A stretch of 64,000 bases of DNA from a bacterium. Lineage in GTDB: Bacteria > Actinomycetota > Acidimicrobiia > Acidimicrobiales > Bin134. The notes under the pieces were generated by a model. That model searched no databases. It had not been told where the DNA came from and saw only the letters and a program-made list of their open reading frames with translations. The stretch is taken from positions 6,100 through 70,099 of the forward strand of contig JAPPAP010000017.1 of NCBI GenBank assembly GCA_026705465.1, in the 5' to 3' direction. The position numbers and the translations under genes are program-made. Shown here piece after piece: positions 43,928 to 52,581 of the stretch; the stretch's first letter is position 1; the number at the start of each line of letters is the position of its first letter.

Positions 43928-44794
43928 CTATGTGGAGTAGCGGCCAGTAGTACGGCGCTTCCAACCGGCGGCGGCCAGGTTGCCGCCGTCCACGTGGATA
44001 GTGGAGCCGGTGACGAATCGGGACAGGTCCCCGGCCAGGTACACGATCGCGGCGGCGCAGTCGTGAACCGAGCCGCCCTCCAGCCACGGCTGAGGGGCCA
44101 GCTCGGATCGGTCGTCGGTGCTCTCGTCGCCGAGCATGCTCTCGCCCTCGGTGGGGATCACGTCGGGAGCGATGCAGTTGACCCGGATCCCGGCCGGGGC
44201 CAGCTCCAGCGACAGACTCTTGGTCAGATTGGCCTGGGCCGCCTTCATCGCCGAGTAGATGGAGAAGCCGGGACCGGCCCGATGGGCCTCGATGGAGGTG
44301 ACGTTGATGATCGACCCTCCATCGCTCATCAGCGGAATGCACCCCCGGATGAATCCGGTGACCTGGGTGAAATTCTCGGCGATGAGCGCGGCCTCGCCCT
44401 TGAGGTTGATGTCGGCAAACGGGGAGTTGAACGTGCCGCCGGCGTTGTTCACCAGTACGTCCATTCGCCCGAAGGCCTCGCCCACCTCGGCCAGCCAGGC
44501 ATCCCGTGGTTCGGGATGGCGGACGTCGAACAGACCGGTCACACATCGCCGGCCCTGTGCCTCCACCGCGGCGGCGGCCCGGGCCATGTCTTCGGCTTCC
44601 CGGTCGCAAATGGCCACATCGGCGCCGAAGCGGGCCAGGGCCACCGCGGTGGCCGCCCCTATCCCCCGAGCTCCGCCGGTGACGATGGCCACCTTGTCGG
44701 TGAGCAGCACACTGGACGGGTCCAGGATGTTGTCTTCACTCCAAATGGGATCCATATCGCTCTCAAGGCCGCCCAGAGTCCACTCCCCACTCAT
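43928..44794 (-). CDS. SDR family oxidoreductase
   Basis: The motifs TGGARGIG, NNAG and YSAMK are present. Confidence 0.9.
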   Translation of the reverse strand: MSGEWTLGGLESDMDPIWSEDNILDPSSVLLTDKVAIVTGGARGIGAATAVALARFGADVAICDREAEDMARAAAAVEAQGRRCVTGLFDVRHPEPRDAWLAEVGEAFGRMDVLVNNAGGTFNSPFADINLKGEAALIAENFTQVTGFIRGCIPLMSDGGSIINVTSIEAHRAGPGFSIYSAMKAAQANLTKSLSLELAPAGIRVNCIAPDVIPTEGESMLGDESTDDRSELAPQPWLEGGSVHDCAAAIVYLAGDLSRFVTGSTIHVDGGNLAAAGWKRRTTGRYST

Positions 44795-45516
44795 ACGCCA
44801 ACCCCTACCGCCGAACCGATTCCGAACGTGCCAGCCGCGGCTGCGGCCACAAAAATCAGGTGTCTCAGCGAGCCCCGTAGGATCGACCGGCTGGTGGCCA
44901 GCGCGAGCGCACCTCCCACCAGCACAGCCCCGACCGCCCCAAGGATGATCGATGCCACGATGGCGCCGTTGCCTCCGGCGAAGAACCAGGGCAGCAGCGG
45001 CAAGATCGCACCAAGCGCGAAGGACACGAACGAGGACATCGCCGCAAACACCGGATTGCCCAGTTCGTTGGGATCGATGCCCATCTCCTCTCGAGCGTGA
45101 ACCTCTAGGGCCTTCTCCGGGTCATCCATGATGTTGGCGGCCATCTCCCGTGCCATGTCCGGGTCGACTCCTCGCGACTCGTAGATCTCGGCCAGCTCCT
45201 CCACCTCGTGTTCGGGGTTGCGAACATGCTCTCGCCGCTCCATGTCCAGTTCTCGCTCCAGTAGCTCCCGTTGAGCCTGCATCGACAGGTATTCACCGGC
45301 GGCCATCGACACTGCCCCAGCAATGAGGCCGGCAATCCCAACCAGGCGCACGAGCCCCTGTCCCGAAGTGCCTCCGGCCACACCCAAGATGATCGCCATG
45401 TTGGACACCAGGCCGTCGCTCACCCCGAACACCGCCGCCCGGTATCCGCCCCGGGTCACATTGCGGTGGTGCCCCTCGCCGAGGTGCCCAGAGCCGCTGC
45501 TCTTCCTTGCGAACAC
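44791..45516 (-). CDS. VIT1/CCC1-family iron/manganese transporter
   Basis: The sequence ...RAAVFGVSDGLVSNMAIILGVAGG... and C-terminal TM helices are present. It has a 4-nt overlap with the downstream SDR gene. Confidence 0.85.
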   Translation of the reverse strand: MFARKSSGSGHLGEGHHRNVTRGGYRAAVFGVSDGLVSNMAIILGVAGGTSGQGLVRLVGIAGLIAGAVSMAAGEYLSMQAQRELLERELDMERREHVRNPEHEVEELAEIYESRGVDPDMAREMAANIMDDPEKALEVHAREEMGIDPNELGNPVFAAMSSFVSFALGAILPLLPWFFAGGNGAIVASIILGAVGAVLVGGALALATSRSILRGSLRHLIFVAAAAAGTFGIGSAVGVGV

Positions 45517-45555
45517 CGTCTCAACCTACCGTTTGAATGGGACCATTGGCGGTGT

Positions 45556-45585
45556 ATGGTAGAAAAATAAATTCGATTCTACCAT
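45556..45585. promoter_or_regulatory. Perfect 9-bp inverted repeat ATGGTAGAA-N12-TTCTACCAT, putative VapB operator
   Basis: It lies 13 bp upstream of ATG 45598 in an AT-rich patch. Confidence 0.5.
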
Positions 45586-45597
45586 GAGAGAATTTCA

Positions 45598-45855
45598 ATG
45601 AGTCTCAATATCAAGAATGACGAGACGTGCCGACTGGCCAGCGAGTTGGCCAGCCTCACGGGCGAGACGATGACCGGGGCAATCACCGTGGCCTTGCAAG
45701 AGCGCCTCGAACGCGAACAGCGCAGCCGCAGTGTTGAAGCCCGCATGGAAGCGATTGAGGCCATTGCCCAACGCTGTTCCAAACTTCTTCGGCCGGGGCC
45801 ATCAGCAGTGGAACACGGTGACTTTCTGTACGACGAGCACGGGGCTCCGAAGTGA
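45598..45855 (+). CDS. vapB: Type II antitoxin VapB (Rv0623-like/PSK_trans_fac type)
   Basis: The sequence is MSLNIKNDETCRLASELASLTGETMTGAITVALQERLE.... Confidence 0.85.
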   Translation: MSLNIKNDETCRLASELASLTGETMTGAITVALQERLEREQRSRSVEARMEAIEAIAQRCSKLLRPGPSAVEHGDFLYDEHGAPK

Positions 45856-46238
45856 TCGTGGACACCTCGGCCGTGCTGGCCATCCTCCTCAAAGAGTCCG
45901 ATTACGAGCACTACAAGAGAGCGATTGCGGAAGCCGAACGCTGCCTTATGTCTGTCGCCAACTTTTTCGAGTCCACCATTGTTCTTGAAGGCCGTGTCGG
46001 TTTTGGTGGCGGCCATGAACTCGACCTCCTCATCGAAGAATCTCCCATCCAGCTCGTTGAGGTCACCGCCGAGCATGCCCAAGTCGCCCGCCGGGCCTGG
46101 CGGCAGTTCGGCAAGGGCAACCACCCCGCGGCGCTGAACTTTGGGGACTGCTTCGCCTACGCCTTGGCCAAGGAGACCGGGGAACCTCTCTTGTTCAAGG
46201 GCAACGACTTCGCACTCACCGACATCGAAGCTGCGTAG
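45852..46238 (+). CDS. vapC: Type II toxin VapC (PIN-domain ribonuclease)
   Basis: The sequences MIVDTSAVLAIL...NFGDCFAYALAKETGEPLLFKGNDF are present. It has a 4-nt overlap with vapB. Confidence 0.9.
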   Translation: MIVDTSAVLAILLKESDYEHYKRAIAEAERCLMSVANFFESTIVLEGRVGFGGGHELDLLIEESPIQLVEVTAEHAQVARRAWRQFGKGNHPAALNFGDCFAYALAKETGEPLLFKGNDFALTDIEAA

Positions 46239-46256
46239 CCCCACCGGCAGCCAAGC

Positions 46257-47522
46257 TCAGACACCACTGCGGGGAGCTAGCACGATCTGCTCCTCATCGT
46301 TGGCTCTCACCACCCAATGGTTACCCCGGCGGAAGACCTCGGCGCCGGGTGCGCTCAAGTCGTCGCCGTCTCGAACCCAGCTCACCGCTTGGCTCATGGC
46401 CACTTCAACCAACCCAGCGCGACCGGCGGCCATGGCCTCCGCCGCCGCACGACACGCCACCAACCCGGCAACCGGATCTGCGGCCGCGTCGCCAACGAAC
46501 CACGGCAGTCCTCCGTCGGGGTCTGACAGCCAAAGGCCACCGCTCACCGCGGCGTCATCGCCGAATCCGGCCCGCCCGTCGCCGTGGCCGGTGATCGAAA
46601 CCCACACCAACCCAGCGTTCTCCGCCACCTCCAGCCGGTCGATTCCCCAGTTGGCCCACACCCGGGGCCGCAGGCCGTCCACCACGACTGCCGATTCCCC
46701 ACACAGTTCCAGAAATCGACGGCGACCGTCCTCAAACCCCAGGTCGATGACCGTGTCCTTCTTGCCCTGATTCAGCCGCTCATAAAAAGCGGCCGAGCCG
46801 TACCGGGCCCCATCGGGACGGCCTGGTGCCTCTATCTTCAGCACCTCGAATCCGAATACCCCTAGCAGCGAAGCGCACAGAGGCCCGGCCCACAGCGAAC
46901 TCAAATCCAGCACCAGCTTGCGGTCTGGTACCGCCGGTCCGGCGTCGGTGAGCGAACAGGGCTCGGGTGGCGGGGGCGGACGGACGGCCTCGCCCACCGC
47001 CAAGCCCAGCCATTCGGCCCGCTCGATCAACTCGGCCACCGGCTTTTCCCGCACCCCCGCGGCCACTGCGGCCCAAACATCGCCCCCGGCCAGATCGCCC
47101 ATCTCCAGCCAAGCGGGAACCGCCTCGGTGTCGCTGGTGCGGGCCAACGACACCGCCAGCACCCCGTCGGCGGCGGCCACCATGCGGCACGCTCCTCCCA
47201 CCGATACGGAGCCTCTTCGACCACGGCCCACCAGTGCGGCCCGCTCGCCCAGAAAACCGGCGGCGTCTGCCCGCAGCGCCTTGCCGCACAGGCGGCTGAT
47301 ATCGCTCACCACGCCATCAAGTCGCTCAACCCAGCGCCCGGAGGCCAGCGCCGGGGGGCCGTCCTCCGGGCCGCTCAAGCCCATCAGCCCCGACTCAGCC
47401 CAAACCAACGCCGGATGACGCCCACGGTCCAAGGTATGGCTTACAAGTGGTCCGTCTGCGGATTGGCTGGAGCGGATCGCGACGGCAGCGGCGTTCTTCG
47501 CAAGGCGCACCGACGCAGCCAT
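46257..47522 (-). CDS. CoA-transferase family III (CaiB/BaiF-like) protein
   Basis: The sequences are ...LVLDLSSLWAGPLCASLLGVFGFEVLKIEAPGRPDG.... The start is placed at ATG 47522 so as not to overlap the conserved small gene on the opposite strand, and it is uncertain. Confidence 0.7.
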   Translation of the reverse strand: MAASVRLAKNAAAVAIRSSQSADGPLVSHTLDRGRHPALVWAESGLMGLSGPEDGPPALASGRWVERLDGVVSDISRLCGKALRADAAGFLGERAALVGRGRRGSVSVGGACRMVAAADGVLAVSLARTSDTEAVPAWLEMGDLAGGDVWAAVAAGVREKPVAELIERAEWLGLAVGEAVRPPPPPEPCSLTDAGPAVPDRKLVLDLSSLWAGPLCASLLGVFGFEVLKIEAPGRPDGARYGSAAFYERLNQGKKDTVIDLGFEDGRRRFLELCGESAVVVDGLRPRVWANWGIDRLEVAENAGLVWVSITGHGDGRAGFGDDAAVSGGLWLSDPDGGLPWFVGDAAADPVAGLVACRAAAEAMAAGRAGLVEVAMSQAVSWVRDGDDLSAPGAEVFRRGNHWVVRANDEEQIVLAPRSGV

Positions 47523-47673
47523 ACCCGGAGCGTACGGCAAGGAGGAGCAACGCAGCGAGGGGCGTCGATGCCTAGCAGGACGCCCAGGCCAATTCGCAGA
47601 CGGACCACTTACGCAGTTTGTACCTGTTAGGGCTGAAGGGAAAAGATTGGGAGATATCTCCCAGGAGGTAGGA

Positions 47674-47979
47674 ATGGACTTGAAACCGGGTAGCCGCCTC
47701 AAGAGCTCGGTGTGCGACACCGAGCTGATCGTGGTGAAAGCACCAAGCGGCGACGTGGACATCACCTGCGGCGGCTCGCCGATGGCCGATCCGGCCGACG
47801 CCGAGCGTAACGGCGAGGTTGCCGCCGATGCTGCCGAGGGCACCGCGCTGGGCAAGCGCTACGTGAACGAAGACGAATCCCTCGAGGTTCTGTGCACCAA
47901 GCCCGGCGACGGCTCGCTGGCACTGGGGGGCACCCCGCTCAGCCTGAAAGAGGCCAAGCCCCTCCCGGCCTCCGACTAG
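47674..47979 (+). CDS. Small conserved hypothetical protein preceding an acyl-CoA ligase gene
   Basis: GGAGGTAGGA lies immediately upstream of ATG 47674. The sequences are MDLKPGSRLKSSVCDTELIVVKAP...GKRYVNEDESLEVLCTKPGDGSL..., a pattern I have seen upstream of FadD-type genes in actinobacteria. Confidence 0.65.
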   Translation: MDLKPGSRLKSSVCDTELIVVKAPSGDVDITCGGSPMADPADAERNGEVAADAAEGTALGKRYVNEDESLEVLCTKPGDGSLALGGTPLSLKEAKPLPASD

Positions 47980-48024
47980 TCAGGGCAAACGCCCACCGGG
48001 AGACGCACCGCAGAGAATGAGCCC

Positions 48025-49536
48025 ATGAACCTGATGATGCTGCTGGAGATGGCCTCCAGCGGTTTCGGCGACCGCACCGCGGTTGGATCCCAGGGACAGG
48101 GGCTCACCTACGAGCAGCTGTTCCAACGGTCCGGGGCCGCCGCCACGCACTTCCGGGACGCGGACATCGACCGGGTGAGCCTGGTGGACGTCAGCAGCGA
48201 GGCCCTGCCCATCGCCCTTTTCGGCTCAGCCTGGGCCGGAGTGCCGTTCGTCCCCCTCAACTACCGGCTGACGGTGCCCGAACTGCGCCATCTGGCCGCC
48301 GAGGTGGCTCCCTCGGTCACGGTGTGCAACGACGACGCATTGTCGGCCATAGGTGACCTCGACGGCGTGCGAGCCGTTGTGCGGCCCGATTTCCTGTCCC
48401 AGTGGGCTGAGGGAAGCGCCCCTGACAGCGACTGGAACGTCGACCCGGATGAAATCGCCATCCTCCTCTACACCAGCGGCACCACCGGTGCCCCCAAGGC
48501 GGCAGTGCTGCGCCACAAGCACTTGGTGTCGTACATCATCGGCTCGGTGGAGTTCATGGGGGCAGCCGAGGACGAGGCCACCCTGGTGTCGGTGCCCCCC
48601 TACCACGTGGCCGGAATGGCCGCGATCTTGAGCTCGGTGTACGCCGGGCGCCGCATCGTGCAACTTCCCAACTTCGACGCCGCCGACTGGGTGAACCTGG
48701 TCCGCGCCGAAGGCGTCACCCACGCCATGGTGGTACCCACCATGCTGGCCCGCATCACCGAACATCTGGACGACGTCGGGGGCGGGCTCCCCTCGTTGCG
48801 GGCCCTCTCCTACGGTGGCGGCAAGATGCCCGCTCCGGTCATCGCCCGAGCGCTGGAGTTGCTGCCCGAGACCAACTTCGTGAATGCCTACGGCCTCACC
48901 GAGACCAGCTCCACCGTGGCCGTTCTCGGACCTGATGAGCACCGGGAGGCCCACCGCTCCGACGATCCGGCCGTGCGGGCCCGACTGGGCTCGGCGGGCC
49001 GACCGCTGCCCGCCATCGAGGTGGACATCCGCGACGAGGAGGGCGAGCCGGTTCCCACCGGCACCTCCGGCGAGATCTGGGTACGAGGCGAGCAGGTGTC
49101 GGGCGAATACCTGGGTCGCAACTCCCGGGTCACCCCCGACGGCTGGTTCCCCACCAACGACGGGGGCTCGCTGGACGACGACGGCTACCTGTTCGTGGAA
49201 GGCCGCATTGACGACATCATCGTGCGGGGCGGGGAGAACATCTCCCCCGGCGAGATCGAGGACGTGCTGTTGAGCCACCCGTCAGTGGCCGACGCTGCCG
49301 CCGTCGGCGTGCCCGACGAGCAGTGGGGAGAGGCGGTGGCCGCGGTGGTGGTGCCGGCCAAGGGGCAGACGGTGGACATCGCCGAACTCCAGGAGTTTGT
49401 GAAGACTCAGATGCGGTCTTCACGGACCCCGGACCGCATCGAGGTGCGCGACGAGCTGCCCTACAACGAGACCGGCAAGCTTCTACGTCGGATCCTGAGA
49501 GATGAGCTCGCCAGTTCAGGCAACAGGTCTGGCTGA
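48025..49536 (+). CDS. AMP-dependent acyl-CoA synthetase/ligase (class I adenylate-forming)
   Basis: The motifs LLYTSGTTGAPKA, ...YGLTETS... and ...GEIWVRGEQVSGEY... are present. Confidence 0.9.
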   Translation: MNLMMLLEMASSGFGDRTAVGSQGQGLTYEQLFQRSGAAATHFRDADIDRVSLVDVSSEALPIALFGSAWAGVPFVPLNYRLTVPELRHLAAEVAPSVTVCNDDALSAIGDLDGVRAVVRPDFLSQWAEGSAPDSDWNVDPDEIAILLYTSGTTGAPKAAVLRHKHLVSYIIGSVEFMGAAEDEATLVSVPPYHVAGMAAILSSVYAGRRIVQLPNFDAADWVNLVRAEGVTHAMVVPTMLARITEHLDDVGGGLPSLRALSYGGGKMPAPVIARALELLPETNFVNAYGLTETSSTVAVLGPDEHREAHRSDDPAVRARLGSAGRPLPAIEVDIRDEEGEPVPTGTSGEIWVRGEQVSGEYLGRNSRVTPDGWFPTNDGGSLDDDGYLFVEGRIDDIIVRGGENISPGEIEDVLLSHPSVADAAAVGVPDEQWGEAVAAVVVPAKGQTVDIAELQEFVKTQMRSSRTPDRIEVRDELPYNETGKLLRRILRDELASSGNRSG

Positions 49537-50557
49537 GGCCGAGACACTGCTGTCGCTCCCCTACGCCGGGGAGGACTACGGACTGGCCGACTGCCCGGTG
49601 ATCCTTGTCGAGCTGACCCCGGCCGACCTCTCGCAATGGCCGTCGCCTGAGACGGCCGAGCTGGTGAAGAGCACCCCCGCCGTGATGGTGGCCTCCGTGC
49701 CCGAAGACCGCGACCCGACCGATACCCCAAAGCTGGCCGAGATCTGCGCCCCCTTCGACATCGTGCTCGCCTCTGGAGACCTTTCCGTAGCGCTGGCCGT
49801 ACCCGCCAGCGAGCTCGACCAAATCGCCGCGGCGGCAACGGCATCGCCAGCCGCAGCGGTGGCACTGGTCCAACTCCTGCGCCTGAGCCAAGACCGCACC
49901 ACCGCCGACGGGCTGGTGGCCGAGTCGCTGGCCTACTCCACCCTTCAGTCCGGCCCTCAGTTCCAGGCTTGGCTGGCGTCCCAGCCCAGCCGTCTGGTTC
50001 CCGACAACCCCGAGCCCGCAGTGCTGGCTGAGCGCGACGGCTCCACCCTGCGGCTCACCCTCAACCGGCCCGAGCGCCACAACGCCTTCAGCGCCGAGAT
50101 GCGCGATGGGTTGGTCGAGCAGCTCCGGGCCGCGTGGGCCGACCCCAGCCTCGACGGCATCGTGCTCGACGGCGCCGGTCCCACGTTCTGCTCCGGCGGC
50201 GACCTGGCCGAGTTCGGCACCACCCCCGACCCGGGTACCGCCCACCGGGTCCGCTCAGTGCGCAGCGCCGCCTTCTGGCTCGACCGGCTGGCGGCCAAAG
50301 CCCGGGTTGCGGTCCATGGCACCTGCGTGGGGGCCGGCGTAGAACTGCCCGCCTACGCCCACGACGTGGCCGCCCACCCCGACACCACCTTCCGCCTGCC
50401 CGAGGTGGCCATGGGCCTGGTGCCCGGCGCGGGCGGCACCGTCAGCATCGCCCGCCGCATCGGGCGCCAGCGCCTCTGCTACTTCGCCCTCACCAACTCC
50501 GAGATCGACGCCACCACCGCCCTGAGCTGGGGCCTCATCGACCGCATCGAGGGCTAG
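49502..50557 (+). CDS. Enoyl-CoA hydratase/isomerase (crotonase) family protein with a long N-terminal extension
   Basis: The crotonase core ...LRLTLNRPERHNAFSAEMRDGL...GAGPTFCSGGDLAEF... lies in the C-terminal half. The start is uncertain, and the ORF overlaps the ligase 3-prime end by 35 nt. Confidence 0.75.
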   Translation: MSSPVQATGLAEAETLLSLPYAGEDYGLADCPVILVELTPADLSQWPSPETAELVKSTPAVMVASVPEDRDPTDTPKLAEICAPFDIVLASGDLSVALAVPASELDQIAAAATASPAAAVALVQLLRLSQDRTTADGLVAESLAYSTLQSGPQFQAWLASQPSRLVPDNPEPAVLAERDGSTLRLTLNRPERHNAFSAEMRDGLVEQLRAAWADPSLDGIVLDGAGPTFCSGGDLAEFGTTPDPGTAHRVRSVRSAAFWLDRLAAKARVAVHGTCVGAGVELPAYAHDVAAHPDTTFRLPEVAMGLVPGAGGTVSIARRIGRQRLCYFALTNSEIDATTALSWGLIDRIEG

Positions 50558-51291
50558 AAGAGGCTAGGGACCCCCAGCTCGGTGCCGCCGGTTACGGGGA
50601 GGGTGGCGCCGGTGATGTAAGCGGCTTTGGGGGAGGCCAGAAAGACGATGGCGTGGGCCACGTCTTCGGGTTCGCCCATGCGGCCCAGTGGGTAGCGGCG
50701 GCCGAAGTCGGCCTTCTCCTCGGGAGTCATCGAGGCGGTGAGGTGCATGGTGTCGATAGGGCCGGGGGCCACCGCGTTCACTCGAACGTCAGGGCCGTAT
50801 TCGGCGGCCAAGTCCCTGGTCATGGCGATCACCCCGGCCTTGGCCGAGGCGTAGGCCACATGCGGGGTGGTGAACCGCAGGGCGGCGATGGAGGCCACGT
50901 TCACCACATTGCCCCCGGCCTCGGCCAGCGCGGGATAGGCCCGGCGGATGAGCAGGAAGAAGGAGCGCAGATTGGTGGAGAGCTGGTCGTCCCACTCCTC
51001 GGGGGTGATCTCGGCGGTGGGCTTGAGCACCCATACCCCGGCGTTGTTCACCAGCACGTCGAGGCGTCCGAACGCGGCCAAAGTGTCATCGACAATGGCG
51101 TGGGCGTCGCCGGTGTCGCCCACATCTCCGCCCAGCCGCAGCGCGAGCTCCTCCACCGCCTCCAAGGCCTCGACGTCTCGATCCGCCCCAACCACCGTCG
51201 CCCCGGCGGCGGCGAACTCGACCGCGGTGGCCCGACCGATACCCCGGGCCGCCCCGGTGACGATCACCACCTTGTCGGCGAAACCGGACAT
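50554..51291 (-). CDS. SDR family oxidoreductase
   Basis: MSGFADKVVIVTGAARGIG, NNAG and YASAK are present. The start at 51291 lies inside ORF 50554-51390. Confidence 0.9.
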   Translation of the reverse strand: MSGFADKVVIVTGAARGIGRATAVEFAAAGATVVGADRDVEALEAVEELALRLGGDVGDTGDAHAIVDDTLAAFGRLDVLVNNAGVWVLKPTAEITPEEWDDQLSTNLRSFFLLIRRAYPALAEAGGNVVNVASIAALRFTTPHVAYASAKAGVIAMTRDLAAEYGPDVRVNAVAPGPIDTMHLTASMTPEEKADFGRRYPLGRMGEPEDVAHAIVFLASPKAAYITGATLPVTGGTELGVPSLF

Positions 51292-51298
51292 GGCCCGA

Positions 51299-52456
51299 TT
51301 ACAGGCGCTCGATGATGGTGACGTTGGCCTGGCCGCCGCCCTCGCACATGGTCTGCAGGCCGTAGCGGCCGCCGGTGCGCTCCAGCTCATTCAACAGCGT
51401 GGTCATCAACCGGGCGCCGGTGGCCCCCAACGGGTGGCCCAGAGCGATAGCCCCGCCATTCACGTTGACCTTCTCGTGGGGCACGTCGTGCTCGCCCATC
51501 CAGGCCAGCACCACCGGGGCGAAGGCCTCGTTGCACTCGAACAGATCGATGTCGTCGATGGTCATGCCGGTTCGGGCTAGCGCGTATTCGGTGGCTGGAA
51601 TGGGGCCGGTGAGCATGAAGATGGGATCGGCGCCCCGCACCGACATGTGGTGGAAGCGGGCCCGGGGCTTGAGTCCGTGGTCGGCCACTGCCTGCTCCCC
51701 GGCGATCAGCATGGCGCAGCCCGCATCGGAGATCTGGCTGGACACCGCCGCGGTCAGCCGCCCGCCCTCAGCCAACGGCGACAAGCTGGCCATCTTCTCC
51801 AGGGTGGTGCCCCGGCGGATGCCCTCGTCGAACTCCAGGCCGGCCAGGGGCAGGATCTCGTTGTCGAAGCGGCCCTCGTCGGTAGCGGTGGCCGCCCGCT
51901 CGTGGCTGGCCAGCGCGAATTCCTCCATCTGCTCCCGGCTGATGTCCCAGTGCTCAGCGATCAGCTCCGCGCCCCGAAACTGCGACACCTCCTGGGTGCC
52001 GTAGCGGTCGACCCAGCCGTCGGAACCGGTGAAGGGGTCGGGGTCCTCCACCCCCACGTGCTGGGCCACCTCCATGGCCGAGCCGATGGGGATCATGCTC
52101 ATGTTCTGCACGCCGCCGGCCACCACCATGTCGTTCACCCCGGCCATCACCGCCTGAGCGGCGAAGTGGACGGCCTGCTGGGCCGATCCGCATTGGCGGT
52201 CGATGGTGGTGCCGGGCACGTGCTCGGGCAGTCCGGCGGCCAGCCAGGCGGTGCGGGCGATATCGCCCGCTTGGGGGCCGAGGGCGTCCACGCAGCCGTA
52301 CATCACGTCGTCGACCGCAGCCGGGTCGACACCGGTCCGCTCGAGCAGTCCGGTAATGGGGTGGGCCCCCAGATCAGCCGGGTGGATCTGCGAGAGGCTT
52401 CCGCCCCGTCGTCCCACCGGGGTGCGGACTGCGTCGATGATGTATGCCTCAGCCAT
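51299..52456 (-). CDS. Thiolase (acetyl-CoA C-acyltransferase)
   Basis: The sequences are MAEAYIIDAVRTPVGRRGG..., ...NEAFA... and a C-terminal ...CEGGGQANVTIIE. Confidence 0.95.
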   Translation of the reverse strand: MAEAYIIDAVRTPVGRRGGSLSQIHPADLGAHPITGLLERTGVDPAAVDDVMYGCVDALGPQAGDIARTAWLAAGLPEHVPGTTIDRQCGSAQQAVHFAAQAVMAGVNDMVVAGGVQNMSMIPIGSAMEVAQHVGVEDPDPFTGSDGWVDRYGTQEVSQFRGAELIAEHWDISREQMEEFALASHERAATATDEGRFDNEILPLAGLEFDEGIRRGTTLEKMASLSPLAEGGRLTAAVSSQISDAGCAMLIAGEQAVADHGLKPRARFHHMSVRGADPIFMLTGPIPATEYALARTGMTIDDIDLFECNEAFAPVVLAWMGEHDVPHEKVNVNGGAIALGHPLGATGARLMTTLLNELERTGGRYGLQTMCEGGGQANVTIIERL

Positions 52457-52581
52457 GGCTGCTCCTCGTTCTGGTACTTGAAATCATCGCGGCTCCCGGG
52501 GCAGGCCCAACAATTCGGTTTGCCGATTACCGCGGCTCCCTCGGCAACCCGAACAAGTTGGTTCGCTCTGGTCTCATCCAA

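Noticed and set aside
47523-47855. Upstream extension of the CoA-transferase ORF overlapping the 101-aa plus-strand gene
   Set aside because: The extension is Ser/Pro/Ala-rich and low-complexity. It overlaps a gene that has a strong RBS and a conserved-looking product.
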